Assembly: GCA_965112735.1 (NCBI GenBank)
Contig: OZ218964.1
Span: 310,001 to 374,000 of the forward strand
Reading direction: 5' to 3'
DNA length: 64,000 bases
Origin: Phaeosaccion multiseriatum
Taxonomy: Eukaryota > Protista > Ochrophyta, other classes
Under the pieces are notes generated by a model. It had not been told where the DNA came from, did not search any database, and saw only the letters and a program-made list of their open reading frames with translations. The position numbers and the translations under genes were made by a program. Position 1 is the stretch's first letter, and every line of letters starts with the position of its first letter. Positions 45,901 through 57,206 of the stretch are shown here, in pieces.

Positions 45901-48900
45901 CATGCCCAACACGCGGGGCTCTAGATGGCGACACGCACTGAGTAGCAGGAATAGAACTGTGGCGCCTCCCTCCCCCGCCACAAGGGAGTCACTGTTTAGG
46001 CCGAAGTAGTCCGTGTCGGCATCAAACTGTTGCATCGCAAACTGCTGCAGCTGCTGTTCCTCGGGCGAGGCTTTCCTCTTCCATGCGCCTCCACCGACAG
46101 GGCTGCCTGAAACGATGCTGTCAGGGCCGTCGCCATCTGAAGGGAAGGAAGGGTGCGCGAACATCCTAAAGCAGTCTCCCACTTGGTCCAGCACAATGCC
46201 TTGCCTTTCTGCATCTCCCTCTCGCTGCGGTACCTCCTCTTGGCTCTCACCTCCACACCCATCCCCCGCTAGTGCTACAGCAGCAGCAGGGTCGCCGTCA
46301 CCTTCTAAACCCCACGGCATGAGGCGACAGCTCCCCGCAGCCAGGAAGACGGCATGGCTGCGGTGCGAGCCGCTGGCGATGACAACCTCCCCCGGAGCGA
46401 AGGTCCTGCTCTTGCAGCATCGTGCCAACAGATCGACGTTGCACGTGTCGCTCTCGAGTCGGAACACCGGTGGTTCCCTCCCCTCTTCCTCCTCCGCATG
46501 CTCCCGCTTCGCTCCTCTGTCGCTGTCTGCTTCTTCGCTGTCCATGCCGACTTGCTCGTGGGTCCTCTCCTGCACCTCTTGTTCTGACCAATACGTGTCG
46601 AGAGCAGCGCCGCCAAGACTACCATTCGAAGGGTGGTGCCTGCTGGCATCATGTGGTGGCAAACGCGTTTCCTGTCCTCGTGATTGGCTTGCTCCCCCTT
46701 CTCCCATCATCGCACTCCGCCGCCCTCCTCCTTCCATTGCCATCCCGGCTCCTTCTCCTCCTCTTCCTCTTCTTCCTCCCCCTCCTCCACCCCATTTCGT
46801 CTCAAGCTTGTTGCGGCTCTGCTGCTGAGAAAGATGCCAAGACCGACTGCCGCCACGATGAGTCTCCTGCCTTTCACCCATGCCACGCCGCTGCTGTATC
46901 GCCAACTGCTGCTGCTGCCGCTGGAAGAGCTCTACAAAGGCCCCAAGAACCCTCTTGTGCTCCCGTCTGCGGGCCTGGAGCACGGGGCTGATCAGTGAGT
47001 CGAACTCCTCCGGCCCGAGCCTAAGCAGCTCCACCTTGCCATGGCTCAGGGCCACCTCTGTCCTTCCCTCCGTCCTTGCCGTACCGGCCCCGGCTCCAGT
47101 CATATGCTGCTGCTGTGAAGCATCCGATTGGGAAGTCACCGGGACGTCATGCCCCACAAGAGGCCCCGCTTCGAGGACGTCATCAGGCCCAAGACGCACC
47201 AACCGCCAGCGAGAGGCTCGCGTCCGACCCGTGCCAATTGGTGATGCAGTGACAGCACCAGCAGGAGGAGCGGCGGCAGCGGCCGGAGCGCCAGTGGCCG
47301 GAATCTTGTCCCCACGAGGGCAGGGAGGAGAAAGCGCACGGCCCCTCTTTCTTCCCCGAGCACCGGCCCGAACGGGAGGTGGCGGTGAGGCGCGTCGGGT
47401 GGGGGATCGCGATGGCGAGGGGCAAGGGCACGGTTCCTCCATAGGACCTAGTACGGCTGCGTTTGCCCGAGAGAGAGGGCTCTCGAAGACACAGTTTGGC
47501 TCGGGGCTTGGCTCATGGGTAGACTCTTCAGCGCCGCCCCCCTGCTGCTCCGAGGCCAATACTGACGACGACGATGATGAGGACGACAAGGATGGAGCAG
47601 CACCAGCAGTAGCAGCAGCAGGAGTACGAGTACCCAGTGCCACTTGGACCGCGACACCCCCCCCACCCCTACCGCCGCCGCCGCCGCCGCCGCCGCTCCT
47701 CTCGGACACGTCGTAGCAGAGCAGAGGCGGTCTGGCGGACTGGCCGATGTGTAAGCGCTCCATCATGCCGGCCTGGCTCTGCACCACCGAGTACGCTTGC
47801 TCTTGTGATACATCACCAGCAGTAGCAGCAGCAGGAGAGGGAGCAGCGGCAGAGGCAGGGGAGTCGCGAGCCGCGGCGTGGTCGGCGGCCCAGGTGCTGC
47901 CTCCCTCCAACATGATCACATCCACGTGACCGCTTAGGATCAAGAAGGCGAAGCGACGGGCTGAGCACGTGGACAGAGAGTCGGAGGGCACTACGGCCGG
48001 AGGACTTTCCCGTCGCTCTCCTCCTCCTCCTCCTCCTCCTCCTCCTCCTCCTCCTCCTCCTCCTCCTCCTCCTCCTCCTCCTCCTCCTCCTCCTCCTCCT
48101 CCTCCTCCTCCTCCTCCTCCTCCTCCTCCTCCTCCTCCTCCTCCTCCTCCTCCTCCTCCTCCTCCTCCTCCTCCTCCTCCTCCTCCTCCTCCTCCTCCTC
48201 CTCCTCCTCCTCCTCCTCCTCCTCCTCCTCCTCCTCCTCCTCCTCCTCCTCCTCCTCCTCCGCCTCCTCCTCCTCCTCCTCCTCCTCCTCCTCCTCCTCC
48301 TCCTCCTCGTTCTGCTGCGCATACTCCTGGTGCGGCTGCTCCTGTTGCTGCTGCTGGTAGTGCATTACCCTGACTGTCTGTGAGACATGACCTCCACTGC
48401 TGCACCTGCACGTCCTCCTGCTGCTGCTGCTGCTGTATCACCAACTGTTGCGGCTGCTCCTGCTCCCTCGGCTCTGGAGACCGATGTTGGAAGGCGAGGT
48501 CGTCCTTCGGGCCCCCCTCGGCAAGGGCAGCCCGTGATATTAAAGGGTAATCGTAGACGAGCTGCATGTCATCCAGACAGACCAAGCTCCCTCCCCCCAA
48601 TGTCGCGCACACGTCCTCGAAGGGCCACTTGGTCATTACTCCTTGCGCCGTCAGGCACTTCCACCCCGGGGGGGGTGGGGGGGGTGGCAGAGCCTCGTCT
48701 CCTTCCTTGTCTTGCTCACCTCCTTCTGCTACTGAGTTGCAAGGAGGAGCGGGAGAGGCCTCCATCGGGAGCCACCCCTGCTGCCTCCCGTCTCCCGTGC
48801 TGCTGTCCATGCTATGCTGCTGCAGCCCTCGCGAGGGGGGACATGGAGCCAAGGCGGAGGACGGTGACACCGGGCCACCATGACCACCCCCTTCGCCTCC

Positions 48901-51305
48901 TCCTCCTGCTGCTGCTGCTGCCCCTGCCCTCCCCCCCCCCTCCATGGCCCACTTCTTGAGCAGCGCAGTCGCCACACACCGCTCCTCCCTCGTCCTCCGC
49001 CGCGGGGCTTTGGCCTGCAGCACCGCCCGGGCGCGTCGCACCATCGCGTGCTCGAACACGCCCTGCAACACATCGAAGGTGTTCCAAAACCCGTTCGAGT
49101 CGGAGTAGTAAGCGAGCACCACTGTCACCACTGCGGTGTGAGCCCTCACCTCGACCGGGCCGGGCGGGTAGACCTTGCAGGCCATTGGCATCCAGTGCTC
49201 CGTCCCTCCCTCCACCCCACACACAAAGTCCATCCAGAACTCAACCACCCTGCTCGCGTTCACCACGGCGTGGAGCAGGCGATGCCGCAAGCGGTGGGAT
49301 GGAGGCGTATTGCTGCTGCTGCTACTGCTGCTCCTCTTCGACGCTAGAGTGCCCGCTGGAGCAGGCTCGCTGCCATCCTCAACCTTCTTCGGCTGCTGCT
49401 GCTGCTGCTGCTGCCCTACGTCAGGCCCGGTTGCTTTTGCTTCGCTTTCACCTTCACCTTGGCCCTGGCCCGCGCTATCCACCAAAAGCACGTCCCAAGT
49501 ACCCTCATCGTCGGCGGTGCTCTCCTCAGCACGCCCTTCCTTTGGCACCTCCTCCTCGTCCTCCTCCTTCTCGTCATTTTCGAGCTCCTCTTGCTTCCTC
49601 CCACTCATGCTCCCGGGGTTGCTGTCTTGCCCCTCCCCGGGGAGCGCCTCCTCGTCCTCCTCCTCCTCCACGTCCTCCTCCTCGTCGTCCTTCTTGCCCT
49701 CTTCCTCGTCGTCCTCGTTCTCCTCGTCCTCGTCTGTAACCACATAGTCATCGTCGCTGTCGTCTTTGTCGTCGTGACCACTCCTGCCTTTGCCTTTACC
49801 TTTAGCCTCCTTCTCGAACCCAAGCTCTCTCAATAGCACGTCGGAGTTTCGACGCGCGACGTAGGAGCTCTTACTAGCCTGTTGAGGACAAGCCCGAGTG
49901 GAGGCAGCACAGCATCGACGCGAGGGAGGGACAGCAAGAGCACGGACGGAGTCAGGCATCAGCGAGCACGCTCCGCCTTCTTTCTCCCACCTGGAGTCAA
50001 GAGAAGAAGGGAAGAAGGCCCGGCCACAACACCGATGCACGCTCCTTCCCACACCCCTCTCGTTTATACCCACGCACACGCACACACTCCCACCCAAGCG
50101 CACACTTACCTCCACGCTGAGGCGCAGGAGCTTATCCTCTGCTATGCCGAGCTGCAGTCGGTTTGCCAGCTCAGCGCAGAGACCGCTCAGGGCGGCAGGG
50201 AGGAGGCCACGCAGCGGACCGTAAAAGCTTTGGCTCTCCTCCTTGCCCGCCTCGCTCCCTCCTTCTTCAGCCCCCTCTCCGCTTCTTTGCTGGTCTTGTT
50301 CCTGCTCACTAGTCGACTGTGGTTTGGGTACTTTCGGCTTGACCCAGGACGTCCACTCCTCTTCAAAGACCGTGAGCACGGGCAGCATCTCCCACTTGCC
50401 TGTAGAGGCCAACCAGCCCGTGACGAACAAGCACTCGTGGTCCTGGATAGAGAAAGCAAGCAGCACCGAGGTCCCGCCTAAAGTGCGAAGCGCCTGCCAA
50501 ACTACTCTTGTGACAGGGCTGTAGGTGAGGAGCAGCTTGCTCAGAGGATTGTCCTTGCTGAGGGTTCTCTTCTGGGCCGTTTCTGTAATGCCTTGGAGCT
50601 GCCTCCGGATATGGGGGCCGGAGGGTCTGTCACCTATTGAGAAGGAGAGCCGCGCCTCGCTCATGTCTACTCTTCCTTTGTTGTCCGAGGTCGGCAAGGT
50701 GAGCCGAAGGCGCGAGAGTACCCAGTTGCTGAGCCCGAGCAAGCTCCTGGAAAAGACACAAAATATAGGTGTGTAGGAAGAAGGAATGATATCAGATGAG
50801 CAAGCTCTTTGTTCCTTTCGCCGTGCTCCATCATATCTCGATCTGTTTGCCACTCCTCCCGTTCAGTCGCTCCCTTCACCACTTTGCTCACTCGGGAGAT
50901 ATTTTGGCCTACCCTGCTGCACTCACTCTGGAGATATTTTGGCTAGTGACTCCGGCAGGTCGAGTCCAGTCCACCAGCGCTCGTGTAAGGTCAGCTCCAA
51001 TCGGACTATAGCACGAAAGTCGTGGGCCTTCGAGCAGAGGAGGGAAAGGACAGTAAGAGTGGGCTCGGTCAGGGGAACCTTTATAAAGTCTCCCACCCAC
51101 CTACCTGTACGTACAAACTATCTTTGTGGACCACCCACACTGCTGCCAAGAGCTTGCGCCCCTCCAATCGCATACAACGCTGCACCACTGGAGGTAGCCC
51201 TGGTTCTGGCCGGATGATGCAGTGCTGTTGCGCGGGGTCCAGCCGAATCCCCCACAGTTCCTTGAGTTGGAATTCCATCCGATCCGACACAAACAGACAC
51301 CGCAT
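43000..51305 (-). CDS. Very large, mostly low-complexity protein with N-terminal repeated alpha/beta modules and a degenerate cyclic-nucleotide-binding-like segment
   Basis: Exons ~51305-51105, ~51027-50927, ~50746-50110 and a terminal exon 49878-43000. The intron 49879-50109 is 231 nt and stop-free, so it appears inside the 2617-aa ORF. Segment LLARCCKSRTFAPGEVVIASGSHRSHAVFLAAGSCRL. Start codon uncertain. Confidence 0.6.
48019..48308 (-). repeat. (GGA)n run encoding a poly-Gly tract of roughly 95 residues
   Basis: Near-perfect (CCT)n on the + strand, inside the open frame. Confidence 0.9.
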
Positions 51306-52029
51306 TCAAGGAAGGAGGGTGGTCGTCCTCTTTAGAGAGGCGAGAGAGAGGAAAAAAAAAAAAAAAAAAAAAAAATGAAACTGTGGGAGAGGGAGAGGGG
51401 TGAGGAATACAAATACAAAATTAGCACACATCGGGTTTCCTGTGTTATTACTTCTCTATCACAATACATCTACCTGAGTTCGGGGGGGGGGTGACCTTTC
51501 CATCGTGGTCAGGAACTCATCCTCCTATCATGTCTCGAAGCCCTCTCCTCTATGAACAGGCGCCGCAATCCTCTTCTGGCGCTCATCTCGCCTCTGCGAA
51601 CAATTGTGGGCCAGACCAGGGAGTTCCAAATGGAGTTGGTACCCTTGGTGAGGAAGGAAAAGAGCGAGGACCGGCCAGCGCCAGCCGCCTTGCCTAGAAG
51701 ACGATAGAAGCCTTCAATATGGAAAGGTTTCGACCGATGCACAGACGGACGGCAAAGCAATTCCGACAAGGCAGACACACAGCGCCTGGGAAATGCACAG
51801 CCCAGGCGGTGAGAAGGAGAAGGGCTCGGGAGTCAAGGGGGCTCGGGGGCATCATAGCTAGCATCGCACCTTCGGCACACCCTCATTCCACATTCCACTG
51901 GCCTTTTTTGTGCTGTACTGCTGAGAACGCACTGCTTGCACTTGCAGCAAGGGGCTTCAATATCGACTTGAGTGGAAAGCTGCATCGATCTTTGACTCTG
52001 TAGCCGCCGAACTGGTCAGCTCCCCCGAG

Positions 52030-54969
52030 TTAGTAAGTCTCCGAGTACGCCGCTGCTCCCTCATCAGAGCTGATCCTCCCGCCCTCTTGCTGGTCGTCCG
52101 GAGTTAAGTGCCTCCACCCCAGTCGAAGGTTCATGCCCCGGGGCGAAGGGGGCGCAGCGGGCTTGACCATAATGACTTCGCCCAGGCTGAGAGAGCCGAA
52201 GCCGTCTCCCTCGGGGAGTCTCTCCTGCAGCCCTAGCTCGGTCAAGACGACCATGTAGGCCTCGCCCCCGTTGGGTACAGGCTTTGACCCCAAGATAACG
52301 GCCTCGTACTCTCTCGAGCTGCCCTCTCGTCGAAGGTACTCTAGCGCCCAGTAGCGGTTGCAGTCTCTGGATATCCTGCCCCCCATGCCGAGGACGTTGT
52401 CGTTGGATTGCACCTCTCGCATGATCTCGCTGGCTGGTAGCGGCCCTGCCTTACTTCCCCCCCCCTCCTCCTCCTCCTCCTCGCCCCCCACTTGTGGCGC
52501 TGCTCCTGCTTCGCTGTGAAGCCATTGCTTGAGCTGATAGTGCACCACCATGTCATTGAACCTCCGAATGGGCGAAGTCCACTGCACGTAGGCCTCAATG
52601 CCCAGACCAAAGTGAGGACCTGGCACCGAGGAGACCTCTGCCCCGGACATGAAGCGGTAGGACGCCTGTGCTCGACAGTACCGCTCTGGGAAGGACTCAA
52701 ACCAGTCGTCGCCAGGCAGCGACTCGGGGGCCCTCTGTTTGCGGAAGGGCAAAGCGATTTGAGCCTCCCTGGCCTTGACCGCACACGCCTCTCCAGCCAT
52801 GACCATCATCTCCGTGACGAGCACCGTGGAGGGCTGCGCAGGGTCGTCGGGCGTCATCGTGATGATCCTCCCGTCGGGCTCTGCGCTGCTGTCCTTCTTG
52901 ACCTTGATATTGGACTGCGGGGCCTTGGAGAAGCGGTCCACAGAGCCGTTCTGGGACCGGTACCCGAAACGCCGATCTGCCCAGTGCTTGAGGCGGCTGA
53001 TGTCCCGCTCTTCATTGGCCGACACGTTCTCGAACAACATCTCATCCACCTCCTCGTACGTCAGCCGCATGTCTACGGTGATGAGGGAGGGCGTGATCTC
53101 CACATCGGCGATGGAACCGTCGTCATTCAAGAGCACCCCCATGCTGAGAGCGTATGCATCCTGGCCGCGATTGAGGGATAGAAGCTGCCCGGCTACAGTC
53201 ATGGGCATCATAGGCACAGTCCCCTCGGGTAGGTACAGAGACGTTTGGCGGCGCTTGGCCATGCGGTACAGCCCCGAATCCTTGTCTACATACCGCGACA
53301 CGTCCGCAATGTGCACCCACAGGCGCTCACGGCCATCCTCCAGCGTCTCCACGCTCAGCGCGTCGTCCACCTCGACCGTGTCTTCCGAGTCAATCGTGTA
53401 CGTCTTGAGGCCTCGAAGGTCTCTCCGAATTCTCGCATCCGGGTCAGGAGGAGGGTCGTCGAGGAGGGCCTGAGCCTCTGCCACAATGGCGTCAGGGAAG
53501 GGGTGGGCCCACTCCGAGTCGAATAGGTAGAGATTCTCGTGCTCGTCCATCAGGCCCAGCTGCTGGCAGAGCTTGAACGCGTTGGTTCGAGTCGATGCCC
53601 GCCCTAGGAGCTGCAGCAACTCGCCCCCGCCATACTCCTCCGGGCGCGGGTCATCCCTTGGCTTGACCGAGAGGTAGGCCATCATCTTGAGAGATTCGAA
53701 CTTCGCTTTGTTCTCGTCCGCCAAGCTCTCCATGTCGAGCACAGGGAGCTCGTCCCTGGGGAGCTTGTCGGGGTTGACAGTGCGCGCGTGGATGATGGCA
53801 GCCAGAGTCTTCCCGAACTTCTCTCGCTCGGCTTGCTTGGCGTCTTCTACTTTGGCCTGTAGGCGACATGCGTGTCGATCGAGTCACACGAGACCAGGGA
53901 GAGAGAGAGAGAGAGAGAGACAAAGCAGAGAATGCAAGAGAGGAAAGAGTATAGAGTACGGAGGAGCTCGGGGTGAGGCGGACGGCCGTGGAACGCAAGA
54001 CTTGAGCAAGTTGCGAGACGACGAGGGCAGCCGCAGTCAGCCGTGGCTGGAAGGAAAAGGAGGAAGCCCCCGCGGAGAGAGGAAATGTCCTCTAGAGCAG
54101 TCGTCTTGCATAGTGGAAGCGAGAACCACTCGTCTGTCGCCCTCCTGCCCCCCCCCCCCCCTCCCCCACGATTTACACACGTGTGGAGCCCTGCTCACCT
54201 TTTGGAGCGCGACGTCCACCACCGCCTTGGACTTGACCTCGAAGGCCCCGTCCTTGCGCTTCTTGAAGAGCATGCCGCCCTTCTCCGTACCGAGCATGCA
54301 GAAGGCGCCATAGCACCGCCCCGGACTGGCGTCTCCGAGAACGAGCTCGGCGAGGTCTGGAGGGTAAAAGGGCTCCGGGTTGGGCTCCTCTACCATGAGC
54401 TCCCAGGCCATGTCCAGCAGCTCCGTCCTCTCTTCCTGGGAGGGCACCTCCTCAATCTCCAACGTTTCGTCTCCTTCAGAGGCTTCCTCCTGCGTCCATC
54501 GGGAGAAACGGGCAACGTCTGAATACTTGTACGTCTGGCCCATGGGAGGCTTGGGCACAATGTAGCGAATGTCCTGCGGGGCGATGGAGGATTCATTACC
54601 TCGCTCGTCCATAACCTTCCAGTTTTTTTTTCCGTCAGGCTCTTTGATCAAGCCTAAACCCCCGACGGACTTGCGAGTGAACACCACCAGCGCCCCCGCC
54701 TTGATCTGCTCTGCCTTTGAGGCTGCACTGAGTTGCATGGTCCATGGCCCACGATGTACCACGCCGGCCGCTGCTGCTCCTGTCCCCCGCGGTGTTGCAG
54801 CAACTGCTACTGATCCTCTAAACCGAGACTGGGTGCTGCAGTCGTGCCTGCTTTGGCTGTCGCATCTAAAGACGTGGCGTAGTGCTGTTGGTTGGTAGAA
54901 GCTCGTGCTGGGATGCAGCAAGAGCAGCAGGAAAGTACCACACAAAATCACGACTGTAAGAATCCCCAT
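52030..54969 (-). CDS. RNase II/RNB-family 3'-5' exoribonuclease, probably plastid-targeted
   Basis: Two exons (54969-54199, 53856-52030). Signal peptide plus STS-FYQP; RRDLRGLKTYTIDSEDTVEVDDALSVE, WVHIADVS, TSLYLPEGTVPMMP, LVTEMMVMAGE and PHFGLGIEAYVQWTSPIRRFNDMVVHYQLK. Confidence 0.93.
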
Positions 54970-55347
54970 CCTGACGCTATTGCTGCCCCTGCAGAAGTCT
55001 CTCCGACAATTCCTCGTGCTGATTGGTCTCTTCGTCATCACAAGCTCCTGGAAGCCACACAGGCCCCTGGCCCTGCCTCCCCCTCTCCCGTCAGGCCCAG
55101 CAAAATCCCCACTGCTCTCCCCTCTCCTATATTTCCTCCACTGTGCGCTGGTGTTGTGTGCTGCGTTGTGAGGAGAAGGGGCTTTCTTCCTGGGATTGTG
55201 CGTGCTCAGCGACTCAGGGGCTCGCGTGAAGTGCCATCGCATCCAAAGCATACCGACCAAAGTGTCTCCACCCACAAACCAAGAGAGGAAAGAATGAGAT
55301 AAGAGGAGACAGGGGGAGGGACGTGGAGCACGAGAAGCACGGGCACG

Positions 55348-56839
55348 ATGTCGAGGAGAAGGAAGGCTGGCGGTGGAAGCGCGGACGTGGTGACTCGCTT
55401 GCAGCAGCGCATTGAGGAAGGGGACTTCTACGAGGCTTTGCAGCTGTACAAGTCAAGCTATGCTAGATTCAAGAGCAAGGGGAGTGCGGATGAGGCGCAT
55501 ACCATCGTCACTGCAGGAGCCGTGGCAATGGCGAAGCAGAAGGAGGTGGGTGGGCGAACCTCAGCCTGGGTAGTTACTGCTGAGGGGGAAGAAGAGGAGA
55601 GAGAAGAGGAAAAGATAAAAGAACGTCTAACCTAGCGACCCCCCTCTGCCTGCTGTATGTATTTAATTCCAGCTGAACGCTGCTGTAGAGCTGGGTGAGC
55701 TCCTCCTCGAGAGCTTTGAGGAGCTTGAGCTTGAGGCGGATGAGGTGCGGCTCAAGCAGGTCGAGGAGATCGCAGAGGCGTGGCCAGACAAGGGCATTGA
55801 GCTGGTGCAGTTCCTCAAGGTGAGCGTCGGATGGGAGAAGAAGCAAGGACACTAGTGACCCTCCTTTGCTTGAGTGAATGGGGCATCCTCGTTGCTTCAG
55901 CAGTTCAGCTCCGCCTCTCCTCTATCACACTAACGAGGCCCTGCGTTTGGTGTCTCTTTGATTTATCATAAAATCAGAGGGCCCTGGCGTGGATGGGTCG
56001 CTGCTCGAGCCCCATCTCCAAGAAGCTGCGCGTGCTTCTGGCCAGGGCCTACATCGCCGGGGGCGACTACGGCTCAGCGGCCAAGAACTTCTGTGTGGCA
56101 GGGGCGGTGGACGAGTACGCGGAGGTGCTGGGCAAGTGGACCAGCATGGGCTACCTCAGCGAGAGGGACCTCTTCCTCTGCCGGGCCGTGCTGCACTCGC
56201 TCTCTCTGGGCAGGTGAGTGGTCGCTTATTTTCGCGAAGAGCGCGTTGATTGCTTGTCCGTGGGGTGGTGTAAGCAGGGGCAGGAGCAGGGGCAGCCAGT
56301 GAGGCAATGCTCCCATGTCTGGGCTCGTCCGATACCCATCTGTATTGGTCCGGGTGGACTGACTGGCGAGCTCGCGCTGCACCCCCAATCAGCAAGTGGA
56401 GATGCGTACGTCAAGAGTGGTTTCGTGAAACACAAACACGTCCATGTATCTACCTCTTTTCGAGCGTCTGAATGTGTCAACCCCTTACGGCCCTATGCGT
56501 TACAGAATGGAGGATGCCTCCGACCTGTGGGAGAAAGGGCTTGCCGCAATTCAAGCCCAGGATAGCAAAGGCGCGGCAACCGCGGGCTTCGTGGATAGCC
56601 CGCTGTGCCACTTCACGCTCAACCTCCTCGAGCTCTGTGCCATGACATCAGCCAAGGAGGAGCCGTCGCCCAAGGAGCAGGCCGCCTTCCGCTGGTTGGA
56701 GAATACCTACTTGCCTAGCCTGGACCGGGATGGCACCACTCTGCCTGACATGGTGCAGCGGATAGGGGAGGTCCACTTTGGGCTGCAGACAGCCGGCCCA
56801 GGGGGGATGTTTGGCAGCATTCTGCAAATGCTCGGGTAG
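55348..56839 (+). CDS. GET4: GET4 (Golgi-to-ER traffic protein 4) homolog
   Basis: Four exons; RLQQRIEEGDFYEALQLYKS, NAAVELGELLL, GYLSERDLFLCRAVLHSLSL, PLCHFTLNLLELC, YLPSLDRD and RIGEVHFG..GGMFGSILQMLG*. Confidence 0.88.
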
Positions 56840-57206
56840 CGCACGCACGCACGCACTGCAACACATTGCACACTGCCACCCATCCGCTGGCGTATTTCGA
56901 AACAAGGCTGCGGTGGGGTCCCAAGAGAACGCTCTTACTGCAGAGAGAGGGAGCACTGACGCTCACCCATTCCATCTCCTCCCTTTTAATTATTAATTTC
57001 TAAATAAAAAAAATGAAACAGAAGCAACAAAGGAGTTCTCCTCCCCTATTCTTCTCTTCACTCAGACCTACCTTTCGTATGTACGATGGCTGAACTCATC
57101 GACGACTGCGCTTGATGCCCCTGCTGTCTGTGCGGTGTGCGCCTCGCTGCCTCGCTCCGACACAACACTGCCCCCTAAATCAAGCAACTGGACGAGCATT
57201 GACGCA

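Noticed and set aside
43000-50853. 2617-aa ORF as a single-exon gene or retroelement polyprotein
   Set aside because: No RT, integrase or protease motifs. Its first ~35 codons and 49879-50109 have clear intron signals, and upstream exons splice in frame.
51303-51505. Spliced uORF whose TGA abuts the putative start (TGA-ATG), suggesting selenocysteine or readthrough
   Set aside because: Depends on an unverified intron and a G-homopolymer length; the upstream peptide is short, and no SECIS could be identified by eye.
39567-56839. Functional clustering of a tail-anchored protein with GET4
   Set aside because: They are about 15 kb apart with unrelated genes between them; most likely coincidence.
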